A DNA stretch of 64,000 nt, taken from contig LCPQ01000001.1 in NCBI GenBank assembly GCA_001003705.1, positions 58,008-122,007 of the forward strand, in the 5' to 3' direction. Source of the DNA: Parcubacteria group bacterium GW2011_GWA2_48_9 (lineage in GTDB: Bacteria > Patescibacteriota > Patescibacteriia > UBA10025). This document shows positions 20,797 through 29,949 of this stretch, piece after piece. A program made the translations under genes and the position numbers. The notes under the pieces are model-generated. The model saw only the letters and a list, made by a program, of their open reading frames with translations, did no database searches and had not been told where the DNA came from. Every line of letters starts with the position of its first letter. Position 1 is the stretch's first letter.

Positions 20797-21375
20797 TTAT
20801 TGAGTTCTTACCGAAAATCGAATATCTTCGACTCGGTGTAAATTTCTTTTTGCGTCGTCAAACTTCTGTCGCAAATAGCCAGTAAGATTGCAACGAAGAA
20901 GTTCTTCGACAACATGTTCAACAACAGCATGTACGGTGTCTACACGTGCCTTATCGCCTTGTGTCGCAGCGGCAACTGATAATCTCACTAATTCACCAGT
21001 AACATCGGCGAGTGCGCCGATAGTTTCATCATACTCGGGCTCAAATGGTGTGGTGATCTCAATAGTCCCTTTGGTAACAAATGTATAATACATCAGTGCT
21101 TCAAGGTACTCTTCCATAGCTGCACGAATTGAACCTTCATATCGTAGCTTAGACTCTCGCTTCCACATGGAACGCAGTTTTTTCAAATCTCGTTCCGCCT
21201 CACGAATTTCCCTACGCGCTTCTTTGACATTGTCACGATGCAGCGAAAAAATTGCACGTTTCGAGTGTTGAAGCGCGCCTTGGGAGTACGCAAACGATTT
21301 TGAACGTGACTGACTGAAGGCTTGGGCAGCTGATAGTAGCGATCGAAAAAAGCGTGATTCAGACATTGTCTTCAT
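20797..21375 (-). CDS. Translin-like helical protein (tentative)
   Basis: 192-aa all-helical protein. The C-terminal half (…EEYLEALMYYTF…YDETIGALADVTGELVRLSV…) resembles the translin (E)Y…GLxDLTGELxR signature. Recognised by eye only. Confidence 0.45.
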   Translation of the reverse strand: MKTMSESRFFRSLLSAAQAFSQSRSKSFAYSQGALQHSKRAIFSLHRDNVKEARREIREAERDLKKLRSMWKRESKLRYEGSIRAAMEEYLEALMYYTFVTKGTIEITTPFEPEYDETIGALADVTGELVRLSVAAATQGDKARVDTVHAVVEHVVEELLRCNLTGYLRQKFDDAKRNLHRVEDIRFSVRTQ

Positions 21376-21622
21376 TCTCTATCCGAGCATTTTCAGCAAT
21401 TTCAGGAAAACTGGATTGAAGGTTTTCGCGCAGTACAACCGAATCTTCATCCTCCGTCATGCGCCCATCTTCTATAAACTCACTAATAACCTCGTCAATG
21501 AGTGACTCGAACTCTTCGTACGTTAATGAAGGGTTCTCCATCTTCTTCTGAATATTTTTGATTATCTCGGTGGTTAGTTCTGGTGCTTCCATGGTCTTAT
21601 GCGTTATCTCCGTTTTGTTCAA
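21359..21622 (-). CDS. Small acidic hypothetical protein (87 aa)
   Basis: ORF overlapping the neighbouring genes by a few codons. Very Glu/Asp-rich. No family recognised. Confidence 0.3.
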   Translation of the reverse strand: MNKTEITHKTMEAPELTTEIIKNIQKKMENPSLTYEEFESLIDEVISEFIEDGRMTEDEDSVVLRENLQSSFPEIAENARIENEDNV

Positions 21623-21815
21623 ACTTTTTCTTGATATTTTCGATCTTATTTTCCACTTCTTTAAGCTTTGTCTTTAGTTTTTGAGCAATCGCTAAACCTT
21701 CTTCAAATTTTTTCAACCCCTCATCAATTTCAATATCGCCGCGTTCAAATTCAGTGGCAATTTTTTCCAGGTCATCAAAGAGCTTCCCGAAACTTGTTGC
21801 TAGCTGTTTTGGCAT
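21597..21815 (-). CDS. xseB: Exodeoxyribonuclease VII small subunit
   Basis: 72 aa (…SFGKLFDDLEKIATEFERGDIEIDEGLKKFEEGLAIAQKLKTKL…) matches XseB. It lies directly downstream of xseA. Confidence 0.85.
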   Translation of the reverse strand: MPKQLATSFGKLFDDLEKIATEFERGDIEIDEGLKKFEEGLAIAQKLKTKLKEVENKIENIKKKFEQNGDNA

Positions 21816-21817
21816 AA

Positions 21818-22987
21818 CTAGGTTACTTGTGAAATTACTTCACCCTTAGCAAGGCGTGTAGACAGTATATCACCCTTTACAGTATCCTGAGAACCCTTCA
21901 GGACTTTACCACCTTTTCGGGTAACACTGTACCCCCTGTCGAGAGTGGACTGCGGAGACAGTGTCCTCACAAGACGCTCGAGATGCTGAACTTTCTCATA
22001 CTTTTTACGAATAGCATAATCGAATTCCCGGAACGAAGTAATGAATCGCTGGTACACATTTTGTGCTTTTTCCGTTTGCGAGCGCATCATAGTTTCGAGA
22101 AGTCCTAATGAACGCTGTGCCCGATCCTGGTATCTTTCGATCGTTTCTCGAAGGCCATCCTCTAGCGAAGCTGCGAGTGTTTCGATTTGAAAAAGGATTT
22201 CCCTTCTGTCAGGGACCACCCGTTCTGCGGCATTCGATGGTGTGGACGCACGGACATCAGCGACCAAATCAGCGATTGTCCAGTCGCGTTCGTGCCCAAC
22301 ACCACACACAACGGGAACTCGCGAACCAAATATGGCCCGAGCAAGATCCTCGGAGTTAAACGACTGGAGATCCTCCAGAGACCCACCTCCACGCGTTAAT
22401 ATTATTGCGTCCACTTCTTTTACGCTACTGAGATATCTCAGCGCCTTTACAATCGATGAGATAGAGCCAGGGCCTTGAACCCCTACGGGCGCGAACTGAA
22501 TAGTCACTCCGCTCCAACGATTGTTCATGACACGAACTACATCTGTGTATGCTGCTGCGTCAGGCGACGTAATAAGTCCTACTATATGAGGAAAACGGGG
22601 CAACGCCCGTTTGCGCTCCTCCGCGAATAGTCCTTCTTTTTCGAGCTTGTCTTTCAACATGAGCAGCGCCTTATTCAGGGCGCCTTTTCCGACCAATTCA
22701 ATTTCTCGTACGCGCACATGGAATCCGCCACTTTTTTTAAAGAGTGATGCGTTTCCATGAACTCGAATTTCCATGCCGTCCTCGAGGATAGTATGGAGAT
22801 CATATTTCATCATGAAACAGACTACCCTTGAAGATTCGTCTTTTAGTTCGAAAAAAATGAGTCGTTCTTGTGCGAGGCGGTACCCTGTCACTTCCCCTTG
22901 GATAGACACGTTGCCTAATCCATCCTCCAGGTACTCCTTGATCGCGGAGACAAACTCCGACACAGAATAGACCTTGTTTGCACTCAT
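21818..22987 (-). CDS. xseA: Exodeoxyribonuclease VII large subunit
   Basis: 389 aa with an N-terminal OB fold (…VSIQGEVTGYRLAQERLIFFELKDESSRVVCFMMKY…) and a catalytic core (…RGGGSLEDL…). Confidence 0.9.
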   Translation of the reverse strand: MSANKVYSVSEFVSAIKEYLEDGLGNVSIQGEVTGYRLAQERLIFFELKDESSRVVCFMMKYDLHTILEDGMEIRVHGNASLFKKSGGFHVRVREIELVGKGALNKALLMLKDKLEKEGLFAEERKRALPRFPHIVGLITSPDAAAYTDVVRVMNNRWSGVTIQFAPVGVQGPGSISSIVKALRYLSSVKEVDAIILTRGGGSLEDLQSFNSEDLARAIFGSRVPVVCGVGHERDWTIADLVADVRASTPSNAAERVVPDRREILFQIETLAASLEDGLRETIERYQDRAQRSLGLLETMMRSQTEKAQNVYQRFITSFREFDYAIRKKYEKVQHLERLVRTLSPQSTLDRGYSVTRKGGKVLKGSQDTVKGDILSTRLAKGEVISQVT

Positions 22988-23106
22988 ACCTATAGGGTAC
23001 CAAAAAGTGCGCTCCGTGTCATTGACAGTAACACTACTACATGGTACAAACGATCCAATCGCTCTGTATTCAACTTAAAAGGAGGAGGTGCGTGGAAACT
23101 ATCAGA

Positions 23107-23571
23107 ATGACCGTGTGCTTCCCTCTTACGGGAACGCACATTTGGCTTGGTAAAAAGAAACGCAGTTTCGGCAGCGGACTCTGGAACGGATTTGGCGGAC
23201 GCCAAAAACTCGGTGAAACGATCCGGGAAACTGCGAAACGTGAGTCGCACGAAGAGGCAGGTATTATGCTTATCCGCATGAAACGGGTAGCTGTAATTCG
23301 CTTTGTCTTTCGGCAAACACGGATTGCGTGCGAGGTCCACTATCACCTCTCTACTCAGTGGAGAGGTGTACCCGTCGAGACGGAAGAAATGTTTCCAGCC
23401 ATATTCGAAATCGACGACATCCCTTACGGGACTATGTGGCCAGCGGACAAATTGTATCTGCCTGTCGTGCTATCCGGAGGACTCTGGGTCGGGACATGCA
23501 TCTACAGCGACCCCGTAAAACGGCGACTCATTCGCCTTGATCTTTCAGAAACCAAGAGGCTTCCATACTGA
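23107..23571 (+). CDS. Nudix hydrolase (MutT-like)
   Basis: Nudix box GGRQKLGETIRETAKRESHEEAGI. The start was moved to an internal Met (MTVCFPL…). Confidence 0.8.
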   Translation: MTVCFPLTGTHIWLGKKKRSFGSGLWNGFGGRQKLGETIRETAKRESHEEAGIMLIRMKRVAVIRFVFRQTRIACEVHYHLSTQWRGVPVETEEMFPAIFEIDDIPYGTMWPADKLYLPVVLSGGLWVGTCIYSDPVKRRLIRLDLSETKRLPY

Positions 23572-23580
23572 CAGACGTCT

Positions 23581-23614
23581 GAGGCCCCGCATCAACTGTT
23601 GGGGTCTTTTTCTT
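23581..23614 (+). terminator. Rho-independent terminator downstream of the Nudix gene
   Basis: GAGGCCCC…GGGGTCTT stem (8 bp including G-U pairs) followed by TTTTTCTT. Confidence 0.5.
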
Positions 23615-24431
23615 ATTCCGGAGCGTTTTCTCCACTTCTCACTCTTTCTTTCTGTCTTAAGGAAATAATATACACTACAAAAAATATTGGCGTCATAATC
23701 GCCAAAAAAGGAATAAGAAACTCATCAGATGTAAGAAAGTAACCCGTAATGATTAAACCGACTGTTTGCGCAACTACGAGAATCATCGCAGAAACCTTCC
23801 CAAAATCTCGAAACAAAATAAGGGTGAAAAGAACAAGAAACATGAAGTCACCGCTTCCTAAGCTGATATTTCCAACTGACACGGATGGGAAAAGAAAATT
23901 TGGCCTCGTTGTCTGGACAGGAACGGTAAAGGTTGGTAATACAAATTCAGTCAAAATTATGTCGTAGGCCGTCCATAGAATTGCTATAGCACATAGTACC
24001 TTAGTGCGGAGGTAGTCCATGCGGATGAGCAGTGTCGCCGCGCCAAACGTTACGAGAATGACTATCACACCCAAAAGCCAAAAAGATGGAAATAGAAGAT
24101 ACGATCCAAAAATGACCCCCGAGCCGACAAGTCCAGCAAGAATTGAGAGAAAGTTCGATTGCAGCCATCTCATTGCGAACAGGAAAAAGGATTCAAAAAG
24201 CAGCAATGCAAAAAGCGTCATGAAAATACGGGAAGGACCTGGAATACCTCCCGAAGTAGAAATGAGGTACCAGACCACGACGCCAATCACCAGAGCGAGA
24301 AAGACTGAGGGAAGACTGACTTTATTTGGAAGTCGACGTTTCAATTCTTCCTTCGTTGGCACCTCGCGGTAATACCAAATCGCGAGAAAACCCGCCAGGA
24401 GAAAAATTGCGGCGAGAATTACGAAGTCCAC
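23613..24431 (-). CDS. Polytopic membrane protein with YD and GxGD motifs, candidate GxGD intramembrane aspartyl protease (prepilin-peptidase or presenilin-like)
   Basis: 272 aa with about 8 TM segments. …WTAYDIILTEF… and …ISLGSGDFMFLVL… sit within TM helices, as in A24/A22 GxGD proteases. No PilD-type gene is otherwise visible in the window. Confidence 0.4.
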   Translation of the reverse strand: MDFVILAAIFLLAGFLAIWYYREVPTKEELKRRLPNKVSLPSVFLALVIGVVVWYLISTSGGIPGPSRIFMTLFALLLFESFFLFAMRWLQSNFLSILAGLVGSGVIFGSYLLFPSFWLLGVIVILVTFGAATLLIRMDYLRTKVLCAIAILWTAYDIILTEFVLPTFTVPVQTTRPNFLFPSVSVGNISLGSGDFMFLVLFTLILFRDFGKVSAMILVVAQTVGLIITGYFLTSDEFLIPFLAIMTPIFFVVYIISLRQKERVRSGENAPE

Positions 24432-24501
24432 AAATTTAGAGAATCTTTTTAACCACCATTGTTAATACGTGGGATACAGTATACGACACACTCGTAGAAG
24501 C

Positions 24502-25206
24502 TCAAAATGAGGATAAAGACTTCAAGATTAATTCAAACCAAAGTCGATGGCCTTCGGGATTCGGATGATATTTATCTGGAGCGAAAATATGCATTCCCGG
24601 AGGAGCATAGGGAATTATATGGGTAACATTTGAATATTTCTCGCATGTTTCAGCCAAAATCGTAGCATACCGATGTTCACGGAAACGCATAATCATCCGG
24701 TGTCCACCAATGAGCGCGGGTAACTCAGACATTTTTGCAGGACCAGCGATGACCACCTGTTTGGCAACAGCAGAGTATGCATCAAGCACTTCGCGTGTGG
24801 CCAGGGCAAATCTACGCAGGGGAGTAAACTTATACACATCGTTCGAAGATACGATAAGAACCACCAGGTCGTACCTTTCATCTGGTGCGCCCTGGTTAGC
24901 GAGGTCGATCATTCGTACGCCCGGTTTCCCCTTGTTTACAACAGTTACATAATGAGTGGTACTGAAATGCTGAGCAAGCAACCCTGCTATTGTTTGCTCT
25001 GGAGTGTAAGCTCCGACACCAGCGGCAACACTGTCTCCATGGACAAGTATTTTCATCTGTGAATTTGATAGGTCGCCCATGACTATAGTTCCACGGTGAG
25101 TAAGGCGCGAAACCCCCCATATCCGAAACAAATAATAACCAGAAGATGCTACCCGTATACACAGGTAGAACAGGATGCCAAACCCAAGATAAGTTACAAC
25201 CTCCAT
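24502..25206 (-). CDS. SGNH/GDSL-family hydrolase
   Basis: N-terminal TM segment, then …ILVHGDSVAAG… (GDS block). A second motif (…PDKYHPNPEGHRL…) is consistent with the SGNH catalytic His block. Confidence 0.7.
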   Translation of the reverse strand: MEVVTYLGFGILFYLCIRVASSGYYLFRIWGVSRLTHRGTIVMGDLSNSQMKILVHGDSVAAGVGAYTPEQTIAGLLAQHFSTTHYVTVVNKGKPGVRMIDLANQGAPDERYDLVVLIVSSNDVYKFTPLRRFALATREVLDAYSAVAKQVVIAGPAKMSELPALIGGHRMIMRFREHRYATILAETCEKYSNVTHIIPYAPPGMHIFAPDKYHPNPEGHRLWFELILKSLSSF

Positions 25207-25239
25207 ATGATTGCTATAACGAAAAAAAATAAACGCGTC

Positions 25240-25926
25240 CTACTGTATGGAAGTTCTGAGTTTGTTCAAGAGCTTACTTCCATTCGCACAGAGGAATCGA
25301 TGATCGGTATCAACGACCCGTCGACCATCGAAATCACAGAAACGCGCACCCGCCTCTTTCGAGCCATGGCGAGTCAGCCTGGAAATGATATCATGATTAC
25401 GTGGTCCTGATGAACGATAACTTGCCATGAAAGCGATCGTCGAGTGCGAAAGTTCGCGCACCTTATTTACATGGAGGCGACGATTGCCTACATACGCACC
25501 TTGTCCTCGAATTGCAGAGTACGTCGTATGTAGTAATGGATGGTAGATTACTGAAGCGAGAAGCATTTTCCTATAGAGCAGCGCTATCGGTACTGTAAAG
25601 TTCGGAATACCGATAACAAAATTATACGTTCCATCGAGGGGATCAACTACCACAGTAAAATCGGAGTGCCTGCTCAACATCCCGGCTTCTTCTGAAATAA
25701 TGTTATATTTTGGAAATTTCCGAGTAAGTACGCTTAAAATTGCCGATTCCGACCCGAGGTCCGCTCGTGTGACGAAATCGCTCTCGTGTGTTTTCTTTTT
25801 TTGTCGAAGCTCTTCGCCAAAGTAACCACGCACTACTCTTCCGCCAGCTTCGGCAGCGCTCACCATGACCCGGAGAGACCGCCTCACAGTTTGCAGTGAT
25901 ATTTCGGCTGAAAAAATAGTACTCAT
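25240..25926 (-). CDS. Inositol monophosphatase-family phosphatase
   Basis: …ISEEAG… and …VVDPLDGTYNF… are metal-binding motifs of the IMPase/FBPase superfamily. Confidence 0.8.
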   Translation of the reverse strand: MSTIFSAEISLQTVRRSLRVMVSAAEAGGRVVRGYFGEELRQKKKTHESDFVTRADLGSESAILSVLTRKFPKYNIISEEAGMLSRHSDFTVVVDPLDGTYNFVIGIPNFTVPIALLYRKMLLASVIYHPLLHTTYSAIRGQGAYVGNRRLHVNKVRELSHSTIAFMASYRSSGPRNHDIISRLTRHGSKEAGARFCDFDGRRVVDTDHRFLCANGSKLLNKLRTSIQ

Positions 25927-25966
25927 AACAACTTGAGTAGACTAGGAAAGTTGAATCTTCATGAAT

Positions 25967-27691
25967 CTACCAGCTCCCTCCGCCGCCGCCGCCGAAACCA
26001 CCGCCAGAAAATCCGCCGCCGCCGAAACCGGATGATCCGCCCCCGGCACTCGATGGATGTGATGACATTGTGGAATTCAGATTTGAGGACATGTCAGACA
26101 TTACAGAGGCGAAGATTACTGCATTAAAAACACCAGCGCCCGATCCCTCATACCACTCAGGCTGCGCTTTGTAAATATCTGCAAACTGACCCGCCCATTG
26201 CTTTTCCACTCCTAGCGACATGGCATAGGGAAGGAAGTGTTCGAACTGTTCTGGCGTTCTGCCTGGAGGATTATAAAACTTTAAACGCTCCTTCTCCGTG
26301 ACTGACAGGAACCATTTAAAACCCTGGATGTGCTCTTTTACTTCGGCGCCAAAAAGTGTCTTAGCAGGCATGATCCATCCATAGAAACAGACAAGAGCGC
26401 CAGTGATCACCCCAACTACCACCATCCAGCCTGAAAAGCCTGGCAGTAAAAACAACGAAATCCCTAAGATTACCAACCCGACTGTTAGATAACGCTTTCT
26501 AATCGCATCAGGATTATGTAGGTAGTATTTTTTTTGCACCAAACTCTCATACATAGCCTTCTTGATATCAGGCAAATGCTTGTAAAATTTATTCTTTAAG
26601 TCGCTCATCTCAACACTCTCCCCCACCTTCCTGTTACCAAACAGCGATTCAAATATCTCTTTTTCGGCAGCATCGAGACCCACATCTTCTTCTTTCAGTT
26701 TAGTAAATGCAAAATCCTTTTTGCCCTTCTGTGCAATTTTTACGTACCCTTTCACTGCCATACCTACAATTGCCGCTGAAATATCTTTCAGGTCAGCTCG
26801 CTCATCCCACAGTGAACCCAGCACCGCCGTACTCATGTTTTCTGGGGGTTCATACATGGGGATTACTGGCTGTCGCGCTTTCGGATCACGTCCCTTGAGG
26901 TACCAATGTCGGTGAAGTAATGCCCAAACAATGAGCGGAATAAACGCATACCAATTGTCATAAAGAAAATCGGCTACACTTTGTAAAATCGGAGGCTTCT
27001 TAATCACTCCTTTCGGCAGTCCGACAACGATAGTAAGTCCCTCTCCTGCATTAAACGCGCTGTCTGATTGAAAACTAACTACGCCAGCCGTAGAGACATC
27101 ATAACTGCAATCAGAAGCTGCTGATCCATTCGGACCAGTGTAGCAGGCATGTCGTATGTCAGTCGCGGGTATGCTCTGGGGTAAAAAGACCACCGCAGAC
27201 GATTGTTTTATCGAAACAAGCCATTCGTTCCCAGTGACGTTCCAATACAACTCATCATGATCGTCAAAAAAGTTTACCCCCCGACGAATTTTGTAAACGA
27301 TTTTGTAGTGGCGAACTCCATCTACAAAAACATTCGGATCACCTATCTTAATCGAAACCTTTCCTCCTGACCGAGAAGTTGAAAACTGCTGTTCAGCACC
27401 GAGCCCATCTGTCACAGAGAGCACGTCCAGCCGAAGAGAATACTTAGCTCCATTGCGCGTGTACTGGTACGGAATGTCGCGAAAAATGCCGTGACGTTCG
27501 AGTACGCCGAAATCATACGTGATTTCCTCTGTAACTACCAGTGAGCTGTCTTTGTGAATAACAATTGAGGCCGAAAAATCACTCACATGCTCCTCACTAG
27601 TTTGCGCGTTCGCGGTAAACGGTACAAGCATGCCACAGAAGACGACCAATACAGCTGTCAGCAAGATCTTCTTTGTAGCTATGTATTCCAT
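25967..27691 (-). CDS. DUF2207-like membrane protein with a C-terminal poly-Gly tail
   Basis: 574 aa with a signal peptide, a roughly 230-aa ectodomain, TM segments and a cytoplasmic region ending …GGGSSGFGGGGFSGGGFGGGGGGSW. Confidence 0.6.
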   Translation of the reverse strand: MEYIATKKILLTAVLVVFCGMLVPFTANAQTSEEHVSDFSASIVIHKDSSLVVTEEITYDFGVLERHGIFRDIPYQYTRNGAKYSLRLDVLSVTDGLGAEQQFSTSRSGGKVSIKIGDPNVFVDGVRHYKIVYKIRRGVNFFDDHDELYWNVTGNEWLVSIKQSSAVVFLPQSIPATDIRHACYTGPNGSAASDCSYDVSTAGVVSFQSDSAFNAGEGLTIVVGLPKGVIKKPPILQSVADFLYDNWYAFIPLIVWALLHRHWYLKGRDPKARQPVIPMYEPPENMSTAVLGSLWDERADLKDISAAIVGMAVKGYVKIAQKGKKDFAFTKLKEEDVGLDAAEKEIFESLFGNRKVGESVEMSDLKNKFYKHLPDIKKAMYESLVQKKYYLHNPDAIRKRYLTVGLVILGISLFLLPGFSGWMVVVGVITGALVCFYGWIMPAKTLFGAEVKEHIQGFKWFLSVTEKERLKFYNPPGRTPEQFEHFLPYAMSLGVEKQWAGQFADIYKAQPEWYEGSGAGVFNAVIFASVMSDMSSNLNSTMSSHPSSAGGGSSGFGGGGFSGGGFGGGGGGSW

Positions 27692-27945
27692 ACAAGCAGT
27701 ATATCACTTTTTGAGATGTTAGCACATAAATGGTTCGTGAATAGAGGGAAAAAACATTGCCAGATTAGGACACTTTCAGCCCCTTGACAAGAAGTATGGG
27801 CATGGGAGTAGACTAACGATGCCAGTAATATGGCACATTGACAGACCGAGAGAAACCCGGTTGGGTTTTGTTTTGCAGGGTTGACACCCTGCAGTAATAC
27901 CTACAGGTACCTAAACCAGTTTCCTTCAGTAAGGGGTGATGATGT

Positions 27946-28365
27946 ATGCAAAACGGATCAAGAATAACATGGACAAAGGTGGATACTTTGTTCGTGTTCC
28001 TGTCCGTATGGACTGTCGTGCAGTTTACGATGTGTCTGATGGAATTCCTCCACTGGGACAACTACGCTGTTCCATTGGAGATGCCACTCAGTTACTTCCT
28101 TCTCGTCATGATCTATGTGCTCCGAAAGGAAGTGGATCGGTGGCTCAAAAAGTCTTTGCGGAAACGCAAGGGCGAGTATTTCCTCCTGGGGTGGTGGCTT
28201 GCAATGCTCGTGATGTTTGTCATCGAGTTTATGACGCTAGGCCGCTACTCCGTACCTTCACGGATGGTCGAGACGTGCATCTGGGTCCTTATCCCATACT
28301 GCTTGTCTGCGCTCTCGAAAATCCTGCACACGTATTCATCAACGCGTAACGGACCACAACGGTAG
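27946..28365 (+). CDS. Small membrane protein (hypothetical)
   Basis: 139 aa with 3–4 TM segments. A strong terminator lies downstream. Confidence 0.3.
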   Translation: MQNGSRITWTKVDTLFVFLSVWTVVQFTMCLMEFLHWDNYAVPLEMPLSYFLLVMIYVLRKEVDRWLKKSLRKRKGEYFLLGWWLAMLVMFVIEFMTLGRYSVPSRMVETCIWVLIPYCLSALSKILHTYSSTRNGPQR

Positions 28366-28442
28366 TATCACACAGCGAGGGTTGAAAATGCACACAACCT
28401 CACCATGTCTGAGCCCCAACCAGTTTCATCGGTTTTTCAAAT

Positions 28443-28500
28443 GGCAGGAAGGATCTCGGCGTGTCTCCGAGTATCTTTCCTGCCAGTCAATGTTTTTGAT
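28443..28500 (+). terminator. Long imperfect hairpin followed by a T-run (rho-independent terminator)
   Basis: GGCAGGAAGGAT-CTCGG-cgtgtct-CCGAG-tATCTTTCCTGCC, followed by agtcaatgttttt. Confidence 0.5.
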
Positions 28501-28519
28501 ACTAATTTGAGGAAGACGA

Positions 28520-29302
28520 TCAGGTGTTACCTGGTCGTTTTAGTGTGCTGCGTTCACGCAATACCGCAATAGAAAATTTGACTGTTGCCGTGAGGATTCG
28601 CGGAAATCTCCATGGCTGCTTGAGAAGTCGAAAAAACCACTCAAGACCAAGGGCGCGCACCCAACTAGGTGCCCTACGTATCGAGCCGGATACGTAGTCA
28701 AAAACACCACCGACACCCACGGCAATTTTTACCGTTGGTAGTCGAGAAAGTGCAGCAGCAATCCATTTCTCCTGTTTCGGATGGCCAAAGGCAACAAAAA
28801 TAACATCCGGCTTGACTTCGTTGATATAGCTTAATAGAAATGCTTGCTCATCAGCATCGATAACTATACGCGTGTCTTCGAGCAGTATATGCGGGCCGCT
28901 TGCAGCTCCAGCCACACGCAATAAGGGAAACTGCACTTTTAGCCGCTGTGCAGCCCTGTATGCTACGTGCTGATCTTTTCCACCAAGAAAGAAAACAGAC
29001 TTGCTATCCCGTTCGGCAATAAACAATAAATCGTGAAAAAGATCATACCCAGTGTAGCGCGAAGGGCGAGTCCCACTGATGAGACGTGTGGCGAGAACAA
29101 GCCCTGCGCCATCCACCGTAGTGAGTGATGAATTATTGATGAGCGCAAGAAATTCGGAGTCCTTTTGCGCCCACATAACCATCTCGGGGTTAAGGGTGAC
29201 AATATGGTGCTGGCCGCCTTTCAATAACCATGATTCAAGAAGATGGCGCACATCCTGCTTTGAAAAAGTATCAACTCGAGTGGAAAGAATATGCAGGCTC
29301 AT
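28520..29302 (-). CDS. WecB/TagA/CpsF-family glycosyltransferase (N-acetylmannosaminyltransferase-like)
   Basis: 260 aa. …IVTLNPEMVM…, …VFFLGG… and …GVGGVFDY…EWFFRL… are characteristic of this family. Confidence 0.8.
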   Translation of the reverse strand: MSLHILSTRVDTFSKQDVRHLLESWLLKGGQHHIVTLNPEMVMWAQKDSEFLALINNSSLTTVDGAGLVLATRLISGTRPSRYTGYDLFHDLLFIAERDSKSVFFLGGKDQHVAYRAAQRLKVQFPLLRVAGAASGPHILLEDTRIVIDADEQAFLLSYINEVKPDVIFVAFGHPKQEKWIAAALSRLPTVKIAVGVGGVFDYVSGSIRRAPSWVRALGLEWFFRLLKQPWRFPRILTATVKFSIAVLRERSTLKRPGNT

Positions 29303-29868
29303 ATGAATATTTGCTTTACAAGCGTGTACACGGGGCCGTCAGTTGTAAGAGTGCTTTTCATAATGTCGATTGTATGTACCGGGCATGTTGCAGAAAAGTG
29401 TATCAATGAATACTGCACGGCATTCAGAACACCCGCGCGCGTACGCCCAATAGTCACATGGGGCCTGAATGGCTGCACATCAAGCGGTACCAATCCGAAT
29501 GCTTCTAGTCGTGTCGATAGTGCCGCAGTAAGTGAGTCGAGTAATACATTTTCCATGACAGAAAGTGCAACTACACGAGCTCTCTTTGCACTTGGCAAAA
29601 ACTCAAATTCCTGAATTTCGAGCTTAAAGGGACGAACGTCAGCTGTACATTTCGAAACAATATCTGATAGAGCTATAAGTTCGCTTTTTTCCACTTCACC
29701 GATAAATCGAAGGGTTACGTGGGCTTGTCTGGGATCCACCCAATGGACACCGGCCATCTTCACCTTTAAAACTCCGATCAGATCGCGGAGCTGCCTACGT
29801 ACAACTTCGGTAAGTGGGATGGAAATAAATACCCTTTTCACGTTAAAATAGTATACCATGAGCACCAA
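29299..29868 (-). CDS. thpR: RNA 2',3'-cyclic phosphodiesterase (2H phosphoesterase, LigT/ThpR)
   Basis: Two H-x-T-x motifs (…HVTLRF… and …HVTIGR…) in a 189-aa protein. Confidence 0.8.
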   Translation of the reverse strand: MVLMVYYFNVKRVFISIPLTEVVRRQLRDLIGVLKVKMAGVHWVDPRQAHVTLRFIGEVEKSELIALSDIVSKCTADVRPFKLEIQEFEFLPSAKRARVVALSVMENVLLDSLTAALSTRLEAFGLVPLDVQPFRPHVTIGRTRAGVLNAVQYSLIHFSATCPVHTIDIMKSTLTTDGPVYTLVKQIFI

Positions 29869-29949
29869 ATATCAGTCACCCATTCTACATCGACAAAAGG
29901 GGTTTTCCGTGATATACTCCTTGATGCGAAAAAATCACCTGATCGAAGC

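Noticed and set aside
25975-26060. Short tandem GGC/GCC-rich repeat tract considered as a possible CRISPR-like or VNTR element
   Set aside because: It lies in-frame inside the DUF2207 gene and encodes the poly-Gly tail. It is a simple coding microsatellite with no spacer-repeat structure. No CRISPR array exists anywhere in the window.
27692-27945. Divergent intergenic region with a GCAGGGT-tgac-ACCCTGC hairpin and two TTGACA hexamers, considered as a riboswitch or sRNA
   Set aside because: It is 254 nt with no recognisable conserved riboswitch core and promoter-like hexamers lacking convincing -10 partners. It is most simply the shared promoter region of two divergent genes.
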